This document shows positions 1 through 13,654 of a stretch of DNA of 64,000 nucleotides, piece after piece. The stretch is from the human T2T-CHM13v2.0 reference genome, Homo sapiens. Position numbers and translations under genes: made by a program. Under the pieces are notes generated by a model that saw nothing but the letters and a program-made list of their open reading frames with translations, did not search any database and was not told where the DNA came from. Within the stretch, counting starts at the first letter, position 1; every line of letters starts with the position of its first letter. Where the stretch lies: the NCBI RefSeq assembly GCF_009914755.1, contig NC_060947.1; one strand, written 5' to 3'.

Positions 1-95
1 ATTACATTAATTTCTCTGTTTCTTTTTCTAATATGGCTAGTAGAAAATTGAAAACTACGTATTTGACTCACATTATATTTCCATTGGACAACACC
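1..95. mobile_element. MER33/MER3-like hAT-Charlie MITE terminus (cut by window edge)
   Basis: ATGGCTAGTAGAAAATTGAAAACTAC...CACATTATATTTCCATTGGACA resembles the remembered MER33 terminal sequence. Confidence 0.6.
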
Positions 96-941
96 ACTTT
101 AAACACTCCCTGTAAACGTTTATATTGTGATATATTTCATAATAAAAAATAAATATGTGTTAATTGTATAATAAAATCCAGGTTTTCACCCTTAAGGATA
201 AAAGGAGTAGTTTTCCTTTCTAAATACAATATAAACCAGTTCAATGGAACTTATAAAACTATGGACACCTTCTAAGTAAGTCATTTTTTTTAAAGTAGTA
301 GGTATACATTACCTCAATCATTCAAAAGCAATGAGATGTGGTTAATTTCAACACATATACAGAATCACTTTTTTAAAATCTGCTCTAAAAATCCAGAAAA
401 GGGGCCTGGATTTTCCCAAAGGCAAATCTGAGTGGTGAGTTGATATATTGAATTATCACTGAGAAAGAAACCAAAATTCAATGAAATCTTAATATAGCCT
501 ACGTGGACAAGTATACAAAATTTGAGCATAGCAACGATACAATTTAAGGATTTTGCTCTAAACTAATTCAATAATTAGGGAAGCTACAGAATGCCTATAT
601 TAAAAATTATCTCTCCTTTGTGGAACTCAATCTGACCATACAATTTGCAAAGCAGATAAATTACATAATTTAGCATTGAATACTTCATCTGAATAGTAAG
701 GTATGAATATCTAATGGCCTCTCTGTTTTCTAAAATCTGCTAGAGTCAGAATGTCATGTACAAGTTCTAAAGAATTTTTAAGAGAAAAAGGGAATTAAAG
801 GTTATTGAGACTTTGAAATCTATTTTTATCAGTTGACACTGGAAGAGAAACGTGGGTATACACACATACATATATCTTCTGTCTTTATAGTTTATATAGA
901 TTCAATGGAAAATAAATTCAGAATCTGAAAATGAATTTTGA

Positions 942-1363
<422 letters not shown>

Positions 1364-1879
1364 AGAACTTGGTATAATTCTTCCATTCACTTTCTTTGCA
1401 ACTTCGGAAAAATTTCTAACTTATGAACATCAGTTTTCTCAATTACTGTATAATAACTATGCTATCACTTTGAAGGATTCCTAGGAGCATTAAATGTAGG
1501 GTGCCTGTCCTACTGCAGGTATCTAAGACCTCGGGGGTATTATCATCTTAGTTTATCATCAAATAATGCTAGAGAAGGAAACCAGCATTAGTTCTGCTGT
1601 TCTACCCTCTTCACTAACAGAATTTGATAATCTACATTTGAGTGAGACCTCTAAATAATAGAAGACATGCAGCTAGTCACAATATCGACGTGTATATCTC
1701 ACTCTGTCAATAAAACTGCACTTACAAAAACAGAAAAGCAAAAAATATTTTATTTATAATGTTAAAGGAAGAGAATGGTGCTCCTAAAAAGAAAAGGGAC
1801 ATAAATATGTTAAATTGACATAAATATGTCAAGAGGAAAATAGCATTTCTCTTTGAATATACCAAAAAGTACATATAAC

Positions 1880-2345
1880 ATCACAGCACTATTCACAATG
1901 GCAAAGACATGCAATCAACCTAGGTGCCCATTAATGGTGGACAGGATAAAGAATGTGGCGCGTATACACCATGGAATACTACACAGCCATAAAAACTAAC
2001 AAAATCATGGCCTGTGCAACAACATGGATGCAATTGGAGGCCACTATCCTAAGCACGTTAACGCAGGAACAGACAACGAGTACTGCATGTTCTCGCTTAA
2101 AAGTGGGAGCTAAACATTGAGTGCACATGGACATAAAGACAGGAACAATAGACACTGGGGACTACAGAGGAAGGAGGGAGGAAGGGAACAGGCAAGGGTT
2201 GAAGAACTAGTGGTTACCATGCTCGCTACCTGGGTGGTGGGATCATTCATATAGCAAACCTCATCATCATGCACTATATCCAGGGAACATGTACCCGCTG
2301 AATCTAAAATAAAAGTTGAAATTATAAAAAGAAAAAAAGAAAACC
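1880..2345 (+). mobile_element. 5'-truncated old primate L1 3' end (L1PA15/16-like)
   Basis: CAGCACTATTCACAATGGCAAAGACAT...ATGGAATACTACACAGCCATAAAA...GAATCTAAAATAAAAGTTGAAA followed by an A-rich tail. Confidence 0.9.
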
Positions 2346-2435
2346 TCATACTAACATTCTTTGGAAACAGTTAAATGAAATTATTAAAAGTATGATGATC
2401 ATGCATGTGTACTTCGCTTAAAATATTTATGTATG

Positions 2436-2737
2436 GGCCGGGTGTAGTGGCTCATGCATGTAATCCCAGCACTGTGGGAGGCCAAGGCGGGCGGACTGCC
2501 AGAGCTGAGGAACTCGAGACCAGCCTGGTCAACATGGTGAAGCCCTGTCTCTACTGAAAACACAAAAATTAGCCAGGCATGGTGGTGGGCACCTATTATC
2601 CCAGGTACTTCGGAGGCTGAGGCAGGGGAATCACTCGAACCTGGTGGGGGCAGAGGTTACAGTCAGCTGAGATTGCGCCACCTCACTCCAGCCTGGGCGA
2701 AAGAGCGAAACTCCCTCTCAAAAAAAAAAAAAAAAAA
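2436..2737 (+). mobile_element. Full-length AluS element
   Basis: GGCCGGGTGTAGTGGCTCA start, A-rich linker, right arm and poly(A). Confidence 0.96.
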
Positions 2738-2794
2738 TGTATGAAACAAACAAAGAATATATTATTTTACTATTTTAGAAGAGAAAAGCTCTAG

Positions 2795-3005
2795 GATAGG
2801 CAGCATAACATATGGTCAGAAGCAGGGACACTAGAGCCACTGTCTTGGCAGTATGACCTTGGGCAAGTAACTTAACCTAGTTATATCATTTGCTAGCTAA
2901 ATAAGTATAATAATAAAACCTGTCCTGTGGGATTGTTGTGATGATTGCCTGAATTAATGTAGAGAAAGTAATTTGACTAACGTCTGGCTCAGAAGAAGCA
3001 TTACT
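2795..3005 (+). mobile_element. MIR SINE
   Basis: MIR core TATGACCTTGGGCAAGTAACTTAACCT, then GGATTGTTGTGATGATT. Confidence 0.75.
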
Positions 3006-3549
3006 ACAACACTTAGGCATCATCATGATTATTATCATCATCGCCATCATCATTATTACTATTGCTGAAATGAATATGAACAGAAATTAAGTCTCTGAAA
3101 AGCAGGAAGCCCCACTTTATGAGGGATCATGTGTCCAAGAAGAACAGTTGCTTTCAAATATCTTTTTGGTTGCAAAGTTTTTTTCTTCTTCAATAAATGC
3201 AACAGGGGATCCCAATACTACAATTAAATCAGAGTGCATTTAGTTGAACCTGGTTGGTAGCCTCAAGTCCTCATGTGTGTGTTTCTTTCCACTATACTTG
3301 GTGTTCTCTGAAGCAAGTCAATATCAAGTAGAACAGAGGCATTTAATGTTAAAATAAAACTAGAATAAGGCAACAAAGAACATGTATAAGGATGCATGAA
3401 GATTGTCTCTGGGTTGAGAGTACTATTAAAACAGAAATCTTGCATTTGACTTCGTATCACTTAAAAGCACTTAGAACTATTTTAATTTAAAAATCCTACT
3501 ATTAAAAATAGGTTTAGTATTTAAAGAGGTAAATTCTAATTTTCTATAA

Positions 3550-3751
3550 CTGCAGTATCTGATGACAACCACTAGCCGCATGCGGCTTTTGAAATTTAAA
3601 CGTTATTTAATATTAAATAAAAATTTAGTTCCTTAGTGTCCCTGGCCATATTACCATTGCTCAGTAGTCATGTGTATCTAGTGGCTGTTGTATTGGACAG
3701 CACAGAGACAGAACATTTTTATCATCACACAAAGTTATATTGGACATTGCT
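3550..3751. mobile_element. MER3 hAT-Charlie MITE
   Basis: CCACTAGCCGCATGCGGCT...CTAGTGGCTGTTGTATTGGACAGCACAGA...AAAGTTATATTGGACA with the internal palindromy typical of MER3. Confidence 0.8.
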
Positions 3752-4936
3752 GATTTAGGACATTTTGTTACATGGAAAATTATGCTGACAATATTAGGTG
3801 TGCAGAATATTACCATAAGCAATAGCAAAATACTACATGGGTTTGGGAACACTTTTCCTTTCTTTATGCACTGCAGTTAATGAAACAACTTAAATGTAAT
3901 TCTCTGGAGGAATTTATTTTCTTAAGTACTTCTCTTAAAGTGTCTGCAATATGATTTTTACCTGAGAAGTGTGGCACAGTAGGAATAAAAACACGGTCAG
4001 AGTTAGCACCTTCATGACCTTGAGAAGTCAAGAAGTCTCCCTAAGACCCAGGGGCTCCAGGTAACAGGGATAATGACAGTTGTCCACCAAACCAGTTTAC
4101 ATGAAGAACAAGTGAGAAAGTGAATAGAAAAACCCTTCGTAAACTCTGAAATCCTAAACAAATGTTACTTATTATGATCATTTCTACATGTATTTTTTTC
4201 ATCTGGATGAATGTGAATGAAGTGTATAATTTCTGTAGAAGTAGTCGAGCTAGTCTAAAGCAAAATGTCACAGTTAAAGCATTTGAGATAAGGCACATTT
4301 GTGGTCCAAAGACTCCAGGGCTACTGATTAGAGAAAAATGCATGTCTGGTTAAATACATTTATATGATAATTACTAGATAATCTGGACTTTATAATTCAG
4401 ATATAAAATATTTTGTTAAATTTGATAAAATGTTGCCTCATCTCCATTTCATCAACTGAGACATTTATTTTGACTTTAGCTTTAGAGATAATAAGCTAAG
4501 AGCTGCCACTTAGAAGCATATTAAAACTTCACGAAGTTTTACAACATGCTAATTTAATGCTTTATTAGCTTATTTCATTTAAGATTACAAAGAACTAAAA
4601 TGATCTTGGTGAAGTGTTGATCCAATCTCATTCCACAATGGGACTTAATTTCTGCCTAGAAGGCAAACTTAGACATTTAAATTTGGAAATTAAAAGAAAG
4701 AAACTGTTATATATCAGTGTTACTAAACCCTGAAGACAAAAACATATATAGAGAATTGAAAATTAATGTAGTTCAGCTGCCTGAGATTTAATATGCTGCC
4801 AAAACAAAATATTATTCATAAAACACTTTTCAATTGTAGAGACTAAATTATTTTCCTCCTAAATATGTTTCTTTCTCCCCTTTCAACGATTAAAAAATGT
4901 ATCTATTCCTCTTTGTAGCACATAGCTGTATGTATA

Positions 4937-5330
4937 CGTAAGAGGTTAATGCCAGTAGCTATAACAAAGAGATCCCACAATTTTAGTGGCTTAAGAAAAG
5001 AAAGAATACTACAAAATGGGCATTCCCATCTGCAAACAGCTTTTCTCTACCCAGTAATTCAGGGACTCTGAGTCCTTCCATTTTAGGCTTTTTCATCTCC
5101 TAGGTCTTTGGGACTCTTTTCCATAAGGTTAGCAAATGGGAAGTAAGAAGATGGAAAAGGTATGCCTGCAACATAACTCCCACTCACATTCAATTGGTCA
5201 CAACTAGTCACATGGCTCTAACTAGATGCCAGTGGGGCTGGGAAATGTAGTTGCTGGCTTGCAGCTGGATCCTAGCAAGAACTCTATACTATGAAAGAGG
5301 GACCACGAATTTTGATGTACACTTGTCTCT
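4937..5330 (-). mobile_element. Ancient MLT1 (J/K-type) MaLR solo LTR
   Basis: GCTATAACAAAG...AGTGGCTTAA...CACTCACATTCAATTGGTCACAACTAGTCACATGGC...GGGGCTGGGAAATGTAGT. Confidence 0.7.
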
Positions 5331-5373
5331 GCCACAACATATGCTTGAAAGAAAAGAAAGGTTGAGTATTATG

Positions 5374-5400
5374 ACACACACACACACGCACGTGCACACA

Positions 5401-5440
<40 letters not shown>

Positions 5441-5474
5441 AGCGGGGGAAGGCTGGGGAGAGAGAGAGAGAGAG
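5374..5474. repeat. Compound (CA)n(GA)n microsatellite
   Basis: Directly visible. Confidence 0.95.
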
Positions 5475-6079
5475 ACTTTCATATTTTTCATACCTTTCAT
5501 CCTGTTCTCTAGCATCTAAGTAAATAGAAATGCTGTACCTCCCCTTCTGTTAACTCATTTTTCTCCCTTAAACATGTAGAAGACAAAGTAAGTCCTGGCA
5601 GAGAAAAAAAGCTTGGTGTAAAGAAGAAAGGAATTCTTGAAGTTGGGGACACTAGAGATTATCAGTTGTTTTTATTTTTCCCTGCATCAAACCTGGATTC
5701 TTTCCTAATACCCCTTGGTTTGTAGTTCTCATTATCAGCATGAAATGAAAGAGGATGTAATTCAGGGTTATAGCCCCACCATAGGAACCCTGAACTACAG
5801 TCTTAAGAAAGTTTAAGACTGAACCCTTTAGCCTGTTACCTTACACAAAGCACTGTGGAGTCCCTTGAACTTGAGAGATCCCTCAGATTACCGTGGCAGC
5901 CTCTTATTTCACAAAAGTTATGTCATTTGAAATACAGAATCAATACATCCATCTTCTCTTGAGGAATAATGCGAGTGCTGTCAAATGCCTACTAAAGGAC
6001 TGATGTAGCTATCCTGACTGAAAAATGTCCTTCTTGACACAACAAAGAGCACATCAGACCATTCAGTATTTATACAACT

Positions 6080-6950
6080 TGTTCATTCATCTACCACAGA
6101 TTTACTGAGCACCTGCTATGCGTTAAGCCCTAGGCCGGAAGTTATGGATACAAAGACAAACATGAGTGGGTCTTTAAGCAAGGGAGTTATAAGGTCATAT
6201 TTGCATTAATAAAAGTCACTATGAAGAGTAGAGAATAAATTGAAGGAGCAAGAAGAGAGGCAGGAGAGGGAGGGAGAGCCAGTGGTGAAGAGACTGCTGA
6301 ATCAATGCAGGTAGAAGGTGCAGGCTACCCAGGTAAAGAAATGACTGTTCAAATGAAAACAAGTGGATAAATTCAAGAGAGTTTATTGTAGATTTGGTAG
6401 GACCTGATAAGTGAACGTGCCTTACTCGAGAATGGTGGTGCCATTGTCTGAAACAAAGAAGCAAAAGAAGAACCCCGCTCGATGGTAGGGGAAAGCTTGT
6501 GAGCTGAGTTTTTGATCTTATAGAAATTAAAAGGTTGGTCAAGTGTATGAATGGAAGCAGTTGGATATACAAGTCTGGAAGAAAGAAGATGCCAGGATGG
6601 AGGGAAAATGTAGTTGGAATCACGGAATGGATGAGGATGACCAAAGGAAAGTCTGTAATATGAAAAGTCCAGGAAAAATCCAACTTTTTGAGGAATATTA
6701 AAGGGAGAGATGCCAGAAAATGGGCTCAAAAAGGAGGGATTACTAAGACTTAGGCAGTACATGTTCATTCAACAAGGAGATTCTGGTACTACAGAAGCTA
6801 AATTCCCTTAAGAAGGAAGGCATTTTCACCCACAGCATTTTGCTACAGAATGCTCGAGTATAATCAGCACTAAAAAACATTTGTCAGGTTTGGCAACAAG
6901 AAAGTTGCTGCCGTCCTTCTTGAAGTGAACTGAAGGAAAGGAGGAAATTG
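6080..6950 (-). mobile_element. Degenerate L2 LINE
   Basis: TTCATTCA...ATTTACTGAGCACCTGCTATG (antisense L2 3' end), then purine-rich L2-like sequence such as GCAGTTGGATATACAAGTCTGGA. Confidence 0.65.
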
Positions 6951-8689
6951 AAATTTATTGAACACAAAGGAAGTGTCTGAGGAAGTGTCTTATTAATGAG
7001 ATCCCAATGCGGCATCATAAGCAAGTGATGGAAGTCTCTGCATATACCATTTTTTTTTTGTGCAGTGTTATAATGCTATATTATCAAACAAAACACTTTC
7101 TTTTTCTTCATCCTCACATACACATTTTCATTTTAGAAAGTCAACGTGCTTTTACTTAGTACTAGTAAATATGTCTTGCCAAAAAGCTAAAATTGTGTAA
7201 ATCATCAAAAGTCTATAATAATATTAATGCTCTGTTTTGAACACACTGAAGCCCAGGAATTGCCTTATTTCCCCCAACAACCCTGCAGCTTTTCTGAAGA
7301 GAAACCTGAGGTTCACGGATAGTAAATTATAGGCCAGAGATCAAGCAGGTGGGAAGATGATAGAGATGAATTTTATCCCAGCTCTGCTGGTTCTTTCCTC
7401 CTCATTTAACGTTCCACCACCTTATTCCTTTAAGCTCCAAGTACCAATCTAGAGATTTTTATAATTAATTCCTAATGTCTGATGAAACCTGACCGACCTC
7501 ATGCAAAAATATTAAAGAATACTTATTGAATAAATCAATCCAAGATACAATTGAAAATGTAATTTAATTAGGTAGAGGTCAAACTTCACAAAACAGAATA
7601 TAACATAAATAATCAACACCATAGGCAATAAGATAGACATCTTATTGCCTCAATTTCTGCAGGGGATAAATTGGGAAATAAGGAACACCTAAGAATCAGA
7701 AATGAGGTAGAAATATTGAAATAAAAACTTGATCTAGAAGATCACAGTAAGTTCTTAAAACGCGGTCCTCCTAGGACCCAGCACAACACGTAATAAATGC
7801 TGCCTGGTTTGAATTGAACTTAAGGTAGCATTAACAAGAACTTGGGAAGTGCTGACACAAAATGGATTCTCTTATTCTAGACAATTCTTGTACTGAATGA
7901 ACTTAATTTCTTTCAGTTCTGGCATAGTTTGGATGAATCTTCCTCATAACCATCTGGTTGTCTTCCTTCAATTCTGTGCTGCTAAACAAACTTCTGTTTT
8001 TAATTTGTTTTGCTAAGTAAACTTAGTCATGAGGAAAATGTTAGTCTATGTGGATGGTCGTGTAATATTCTCCGGTAACCTTTCCCCCATTACAAATAAT
8101 CACATTGACATTGTGCTCATTATCCACTAGTTTGAACCTATGGGGTTCAATGAAGAAATGCATTTCTATGTCTACATGCTTAGCAACCAGATCCTGGTCT
8201 CAGAGATAAAATGCCAGGAAGAAATCACTCGACGATAAATCCACGTCTCAGAATTTGCTCTAAGCCTGAGAGGAGATGACGGAGTTATGAAGTGCTAGAT
8301 GTTGAAACTCTTATGTGCAGACTTCTTGAGAATGGAGTTAAAAAATAAAAACAGAGAAAATCAAAGTCAAAGATATAAAATGTTGAGAAATCAAACACCT
8401 GACATTAGCTATGAGAAATGTTTATGGCAAACACTGATCCTCGCTTTCTCCCAACAAGCTGTTATCTAATTGTTATTTGTTGTGTGATCTATATCCACCA
8501 TTTCAATCAAAGCATGAGCAAGACTTATTTCAATAGCCATAGCATTGCTCCCAGACAAACTTATTCATTCCTCCTCCATTCATTATATTTAGCTCTGTTA
8601 CAGCATCAACTGTGGAATCCTGAAATAATTCTCTTACATGTCTGCCTCCTTCACCAGATTGTGGAGTCTGTGAAGGAAATTATGTACTC

Positions 8690-9190
8690 TACAAATATTT
8701 ATTGAACACCTAATATGGACCAGAGACTGTTTTAGATGATAAGGAGATAGCAGTGATCAAACAGTCAAAAATTTCTGTCCATGTGAATCTTACACTTCAA
8801 GTAATGGGGGATGATGTAAATTTGGCATTGAAGAGGTTTGGCTTGTAACTTGGAATCATTATTTTCTAGCTCTATGACCTTGGTAAAGTCACTTGACCAA
8901 AACTTGAGCTGTCTTATTTATAAATTGAGGATCATAATACCTTATAGCATGGCTATAAGATTTTAATGAAATGATATCATATGGCCTAATAAAAAAGTAG
9001 CTAAGCTTTACTGTATACCTGTTTTATAGTAGCACTGTTGTGCTTTAAATCTTACAACAAGTCTTCAAGATAGGTATGATTATAGGAAGGTTAAATTACT
9101 TAGATAGTCACAAGTTAGCTAGTGGAAGAGCTAGAATTTAAACAGGCAGTTTAATTGCAACATCTGCCCTGTTATTCACTGGGCTCTACT
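8690..9190. mobile_element. L2 fragment and two MIR fragments
   Basis: CAAATATTTATTGAACACCTA (L2); TATGACCTTGGTAAAGTCACTTGACC (MIR +); GGTTAAATTACTT...TCACAAGTTAGCTAGTGGAAGAGCTAGAATTTAAAC (MIR -). Confidence 0.65.
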
Positions 9191-9254
9191 CTGTATACTG
9201 CTTTCTTTAGTATCACAAAGTGCCTGCCGTATAGAGGGCAGTTGTGACAGTGAG

Positions 9255-9680
9255 GATGCTATTAGTTGCTCATAACATAAAGCTGCACTCAAATTAATCA
9301 AAAACAGTAAACAAAGGGATTCTACTGGTTCACGTCATTGAAAACTGCAGAAGGGGGCTGCAAGTGAAGTTCAATCAGGGGGTCCTGCTCCATATCTCTC
9401 AGTACTCTTAGGTCTCCCTCTTGTGTCTGTCAGCCTTATTTCAGGTTATCTTCTGTCATGGTATTACAAAGGCTGCAGCTCTAACTATCACATATGTATA
9501 TTACTTAGTTCAACGCAAGAGAGAAAGAATTTCCCAGAAACCTTTGCAGTAGGTCTCCTTGATTTTTATTAGTCCACAGTAGGTCATGAGGTCATCTTTG
9601 AACCTGTTACTGTAGATTGCACTGGTTCATCTGGGCCTGAGGTATATGCTTTATTCCTAGAGCAATACCATTTGCGCTCC
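9255..9680 (-). mobile_element. Ancient MLT1-like LTR remnant
   Basis: AGTTGCTCATAACATAAAG...ACTGGTTCACGTCATTGAAAA...GGTCATGAGGTCATCTTTGAACCTGTTACTGT; strongly diverged. Confidence 0.5.
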
Positions 9681-10594
9681 AGAGGAGAGTTCTTACCACC
9701 ACAAAAATCCACATATTCACCAAGGGAATCTCTCTCACACAGTCAATATAGTTTAGTTGAATTAATTAATGTCTCAAAAATAAATTAAGCAGTTCTCACA
9801 TATTTGTAGACAGTATTTTCTAACTACTAAATGAAATAACGAAAGTAAAAAGAAGGCAAAAGAAGAAATACTCTTTAAGCAATCTCATGTAGTAATATTC
9901 ATTCACGTAATCATTCCTGGCATATTTCTGTTTGAAATTCAGTCATCTACATGGAAACAGCGGAAGGGGAGCTCAGGACAATATGCCATTAATATTTCAT
10001 ACACAATCTGTTTAACACTAAACAATTCATTTTTATAGGAGTTTTACTCATCTCCCACAAATTCAAATGTTTGTCTTGCTAATTTTTCATATTTAAAATT
10101 TGCTTTTCAGCTAGCATTCATTCACTAAAAGTTCTTTGTACACCTAATACTTCGAGTTCAAGCTCATGCAGAACTATTTTATTATTTTCTAGTAGGAAGA
10201 ACAGATAAACATTTCGTTGCAAATGTGGTAGAGTTCTGTTTTTAACGCCAATATTATCTGTGTTCAATGCATTATCTCTTATGAGCTACATATTTTTGGG
10301 GGGGATTATATTTTTTAGATGTACCTATTTAGTGTTCCAATTAGGTTAATGCTGACCGAAAGATTTTATACAACTAAAATAAAATTAAATTGATTGAAGA
10401 TATATTTTATTGTTTATTTGAAACAATACTTCATAAGTGATATGATTTTAGATTTATACTGTCTCCATTTCACATTTTCATTTTTAGAGTACTTTATTGT
10501 TATTTAGTCACTGAATCTTTTCCACATCCCTCGTAAGTTCAATCTGGAATGTATATGCTAGTGATTTGTTAAACATGTAAAATTAAAGTATTGA

Positions 10595-10720
10595 TTTTTA
10601 AATATAATGTGTATATATTTATTTATAGTGATATATAACAGTTGTATGTATATGGGGGCTACATGTGATATTTTGATACTTTTTAGATTGCTCAATGATC
10701 AAATCAGGGTAATTGAGATG
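10595..10720 (-). mobile_element. L1MA 3'-end fragment
   Basis: GGGGCTACATGTGATATTTTGATAC...AATGATCAAATCAGGGTAATTG. Confidence 0.75.
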
Positions 10721-11189
10721 CTGATTTTTTATTTTGTAAGAAGTAACAGAAATGGGAAAAGAAGCACATGGAAAGCGCTTAGATGTAAACTACTTGAGTG
10801 TCACTGCCTCTGGGTTAGCCCAATTTAGGCCATCTACACATAAAAGCTCGATGTGGTTATTTCAGAAAAAAAATTTAGACCTTAACAAGTAGGGTCCTTG
10901 CCCTTGGGCCCCATGCTTTCAAAGGCAAAGCTCTGATTAGGAGTCTGTAGGACCAAGCCAACATGCTCACTAGAAGCCCCGCTCCCATGATCTGGCATTC
11001 AGAATCCCTCAACTCCCTGGGCAAATGTTTCAAAGTCAGTTACTGGGTATGGCTAAGGGGTAAATCTTTGCATGAGGTGAGTGGGAAAAACTTGAACATG
11101 TGGGTGGGAAATGGGGCGACCAGATCTATGTGCACAGAGTTCCTCACAGTGCAGGATGGAGTAAAGGAGGTAGGGAAAAAAGGCAACAG

Positions 11190-11640
11190 ATTCACAATAG
11201 CTAAGATGCAGAAACAACCTAAATGCCCATTGGCAGATGAATAGATAAATGTGGTATATATACACAATGGAATACTATTCAGCCTTTATAAAAGGAAATT
11301 CTGCAATATGAAACAATATGGATGGACCTTAAGATTACGCTAAGTGAAACAAGACAGACACAGACAAATACTGCATGATTCCACTTACTTGAAATAAGGT
11401 ATCTAAAACAGTCAAACTCATAAAATCAAAGACTGGACTGGTGGTTGCCAGGGGCTGGGGATAGGGCGAAATAGGAAGTTACTAATCAACAGACATTACA
11501 TTTCAGTTAAGTAGGATGAATTAGCTCTAGAGATCTGCTGTCCAACATTCTACCTAGAGTCAATAATAATGTATTGTGCATGTAGTATTTATTAAGATGA
11601 TAGATCTCATGTTAAATGTCATTAACACAGTAAAATTTTT
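11190..11640 (+). mobile_element. L1MB/L1MA10-type 3' end
   Basis: ATTCACAATAGCTAAGATG...AATGGAATACTATTCAGCC...CTAGAGATCTGCTGTCCAACATT...TAGATCTCATGTTAA. Confidence 0.85.
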
Positions 11641-11820
11641 TTTAAGCTTAAGAAAAGCCAATGTATCCTAAATAACAGGCTTAGGGTTAGCTCTAACCAA
11701 GCTGCCTCATTCCAGTACAAAACTCTAAGGAATTTATTTTATTGTATCAAGTGGTTTGCTATTTGAGTTTTTTCCAAATTCCTTGCCAGGGAATAAACTG
11801 CTTGCACTATTTAAAAAAAC

Positions 11821-11841
11821 AAGACAGACAGACAGACAGAC

Positions 11842-11876
<35 letters not shown>

Positions 11877-11960
11877 AGAAAGAAAGAAAGAAAGAAAGAA
11901 AGGAAGGAAAGAAAGAAAGAGAAAGAAAGAAAGAAGAAAAAGAAAATGAGAGAGAGAGAA
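11821..11960. repeat. (GACA)n(GAAA)n purine-rich microsatellite
   Basis: Directly visible; source of the K/E/R-rich ORFs at 11742 and 11756. Confidence 0.95.
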
Positions 11961-13654
11961 TTCTAAATCGAATCTAGATGTCCATATCATTATGATTGTA
12001 TAATTGTCAAGGAAAGCAGATAGGATATATTTAATAGTCTGTTGACTTTATACCTTATAAATATTAAATATGTGGCATGCAGGCAACCATTTGCACACTT
12101 ACTATAGGCCCTGCAAAAGTTATGGGGCAGTTCTAACCTCATATGACTATGCAGAAGACTATGTGATACAGATTATCAAAAGATGACAATTTTTTAAATT
12201 CCCAGACCAGGATGGTATGAGGAGTGAGAAGCTTTTTTAGACACCAATGCATAGCTCTTACAGCTGGGATGCTCTCCGAAGGCATTATTATTCCTTTTTC
12301 TTAAGGGAATGAAGCCAGACATAACACAAGTTATAAGTTACGAGTTAGAAGCCATGACTTGAACACATTCAAAAGCATTTCCCTGGCATACATTTCTAAT
12401 GTGTGAATCTTTTGGGATCCATTTGTTTCTTTATTTCTGGCAATATAATTAAGTTTCTAACTCTAAGCTCAATAATTAAATTGATAGTTCATTAGCATTT
12501 TAGAAGAAACACTTCAAACAACAAATTTAGCTTTAGAAAAGAACAGGTAAAATTTGTTACATTGATCACATTTTCTAAATTAATTATTTTAAATGTAATT
12601 GAATAACCTATGTCCTATAAACATAAACTTGACTATAGAGTCATAATTTTTAAACATTGAGTCTCTTCATAAATTACCACACTATATTTTTCACTGAGAA
12701 ATTAAAACTATGATATTTTAGCTAAAATGTATCATTTTGAAACCCAAAATATAGATTTCACTTTTCATGTTCTTGAGATTATTTTTCCTGTAGAAAACGT
12801 ATATGCTGAAAGTGGTCATTAAAATAATTATGGCTCTAAAACTGCAAAACATTGCTAACATACTAAGATCTAATACAGTTTCATGGTGTCAAAAATAGAG
12901 TATTTCAAAGAAGATTTAAAATGGAAATGTAATGCATTGAAATCAACTCAAACATAAATTTCACACATATTTTGCTTTTTTAACAAAAGCCAGCGTTACT
13001 GCCCAAAATGTAAATGTTCTGGTAAAGGAAGATATGTACGCTATTTTCACCAATTAATTTTCATAAAAAGAAGCCTAGTAAATAGAACATAAAATAAATA
13101 TTTAACATCCTTAAATACTAAAAAATTAATTATCTTCCTAAGGAACTGTGACAAAAAGAAAAATGTGATTTCTTGCTTTGTAGGTCAAAATACTTTATTT
13201 GCTACTTAAATTTTCAATTCCATTCAACAACTATTTACTGACTTGTTCTTATATGCCAGACCCTGTGTTAGAACTGTGTACACAAATTAATGTGATATTG
13301 TCCATGTTCATATCCATAGTCCAACCCATCTTAGGGAGTTTAAGAAGCACTTCATCTTAAGACTAAAGCTATTATTTTAGGTGTGTTTATAATATCTAAA
13401 TCAAAATTCTGAAATACAATTATTTTGCAAAAGACGACAAAAGCATCATTTTACTCAACTGATCCTGAAGTTTTAAGGCATATTTGATTTAAAAAATTTA
13501 AAAAAGAAAGAATTGGGGTTGGGAAAGGGGAGTATAAACTGATGATATAAAAATCACTCAATTTAGACTCTAGTAAGGACACAAGAATTACCAAAACAGT
13601 TACTTCTCATTTAATCATTTTGGTTTGTTTAAACTCTTTAGTTATTTGGGAAAG

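Noticed and set aside
6219-6768. 154-aa and 131-aa minus-strand ORFs
   Set aside because: Lie in a degenerate L2; S/L/F/P-rich composition typical of pyrimidine-rich strands; no recognisable domain
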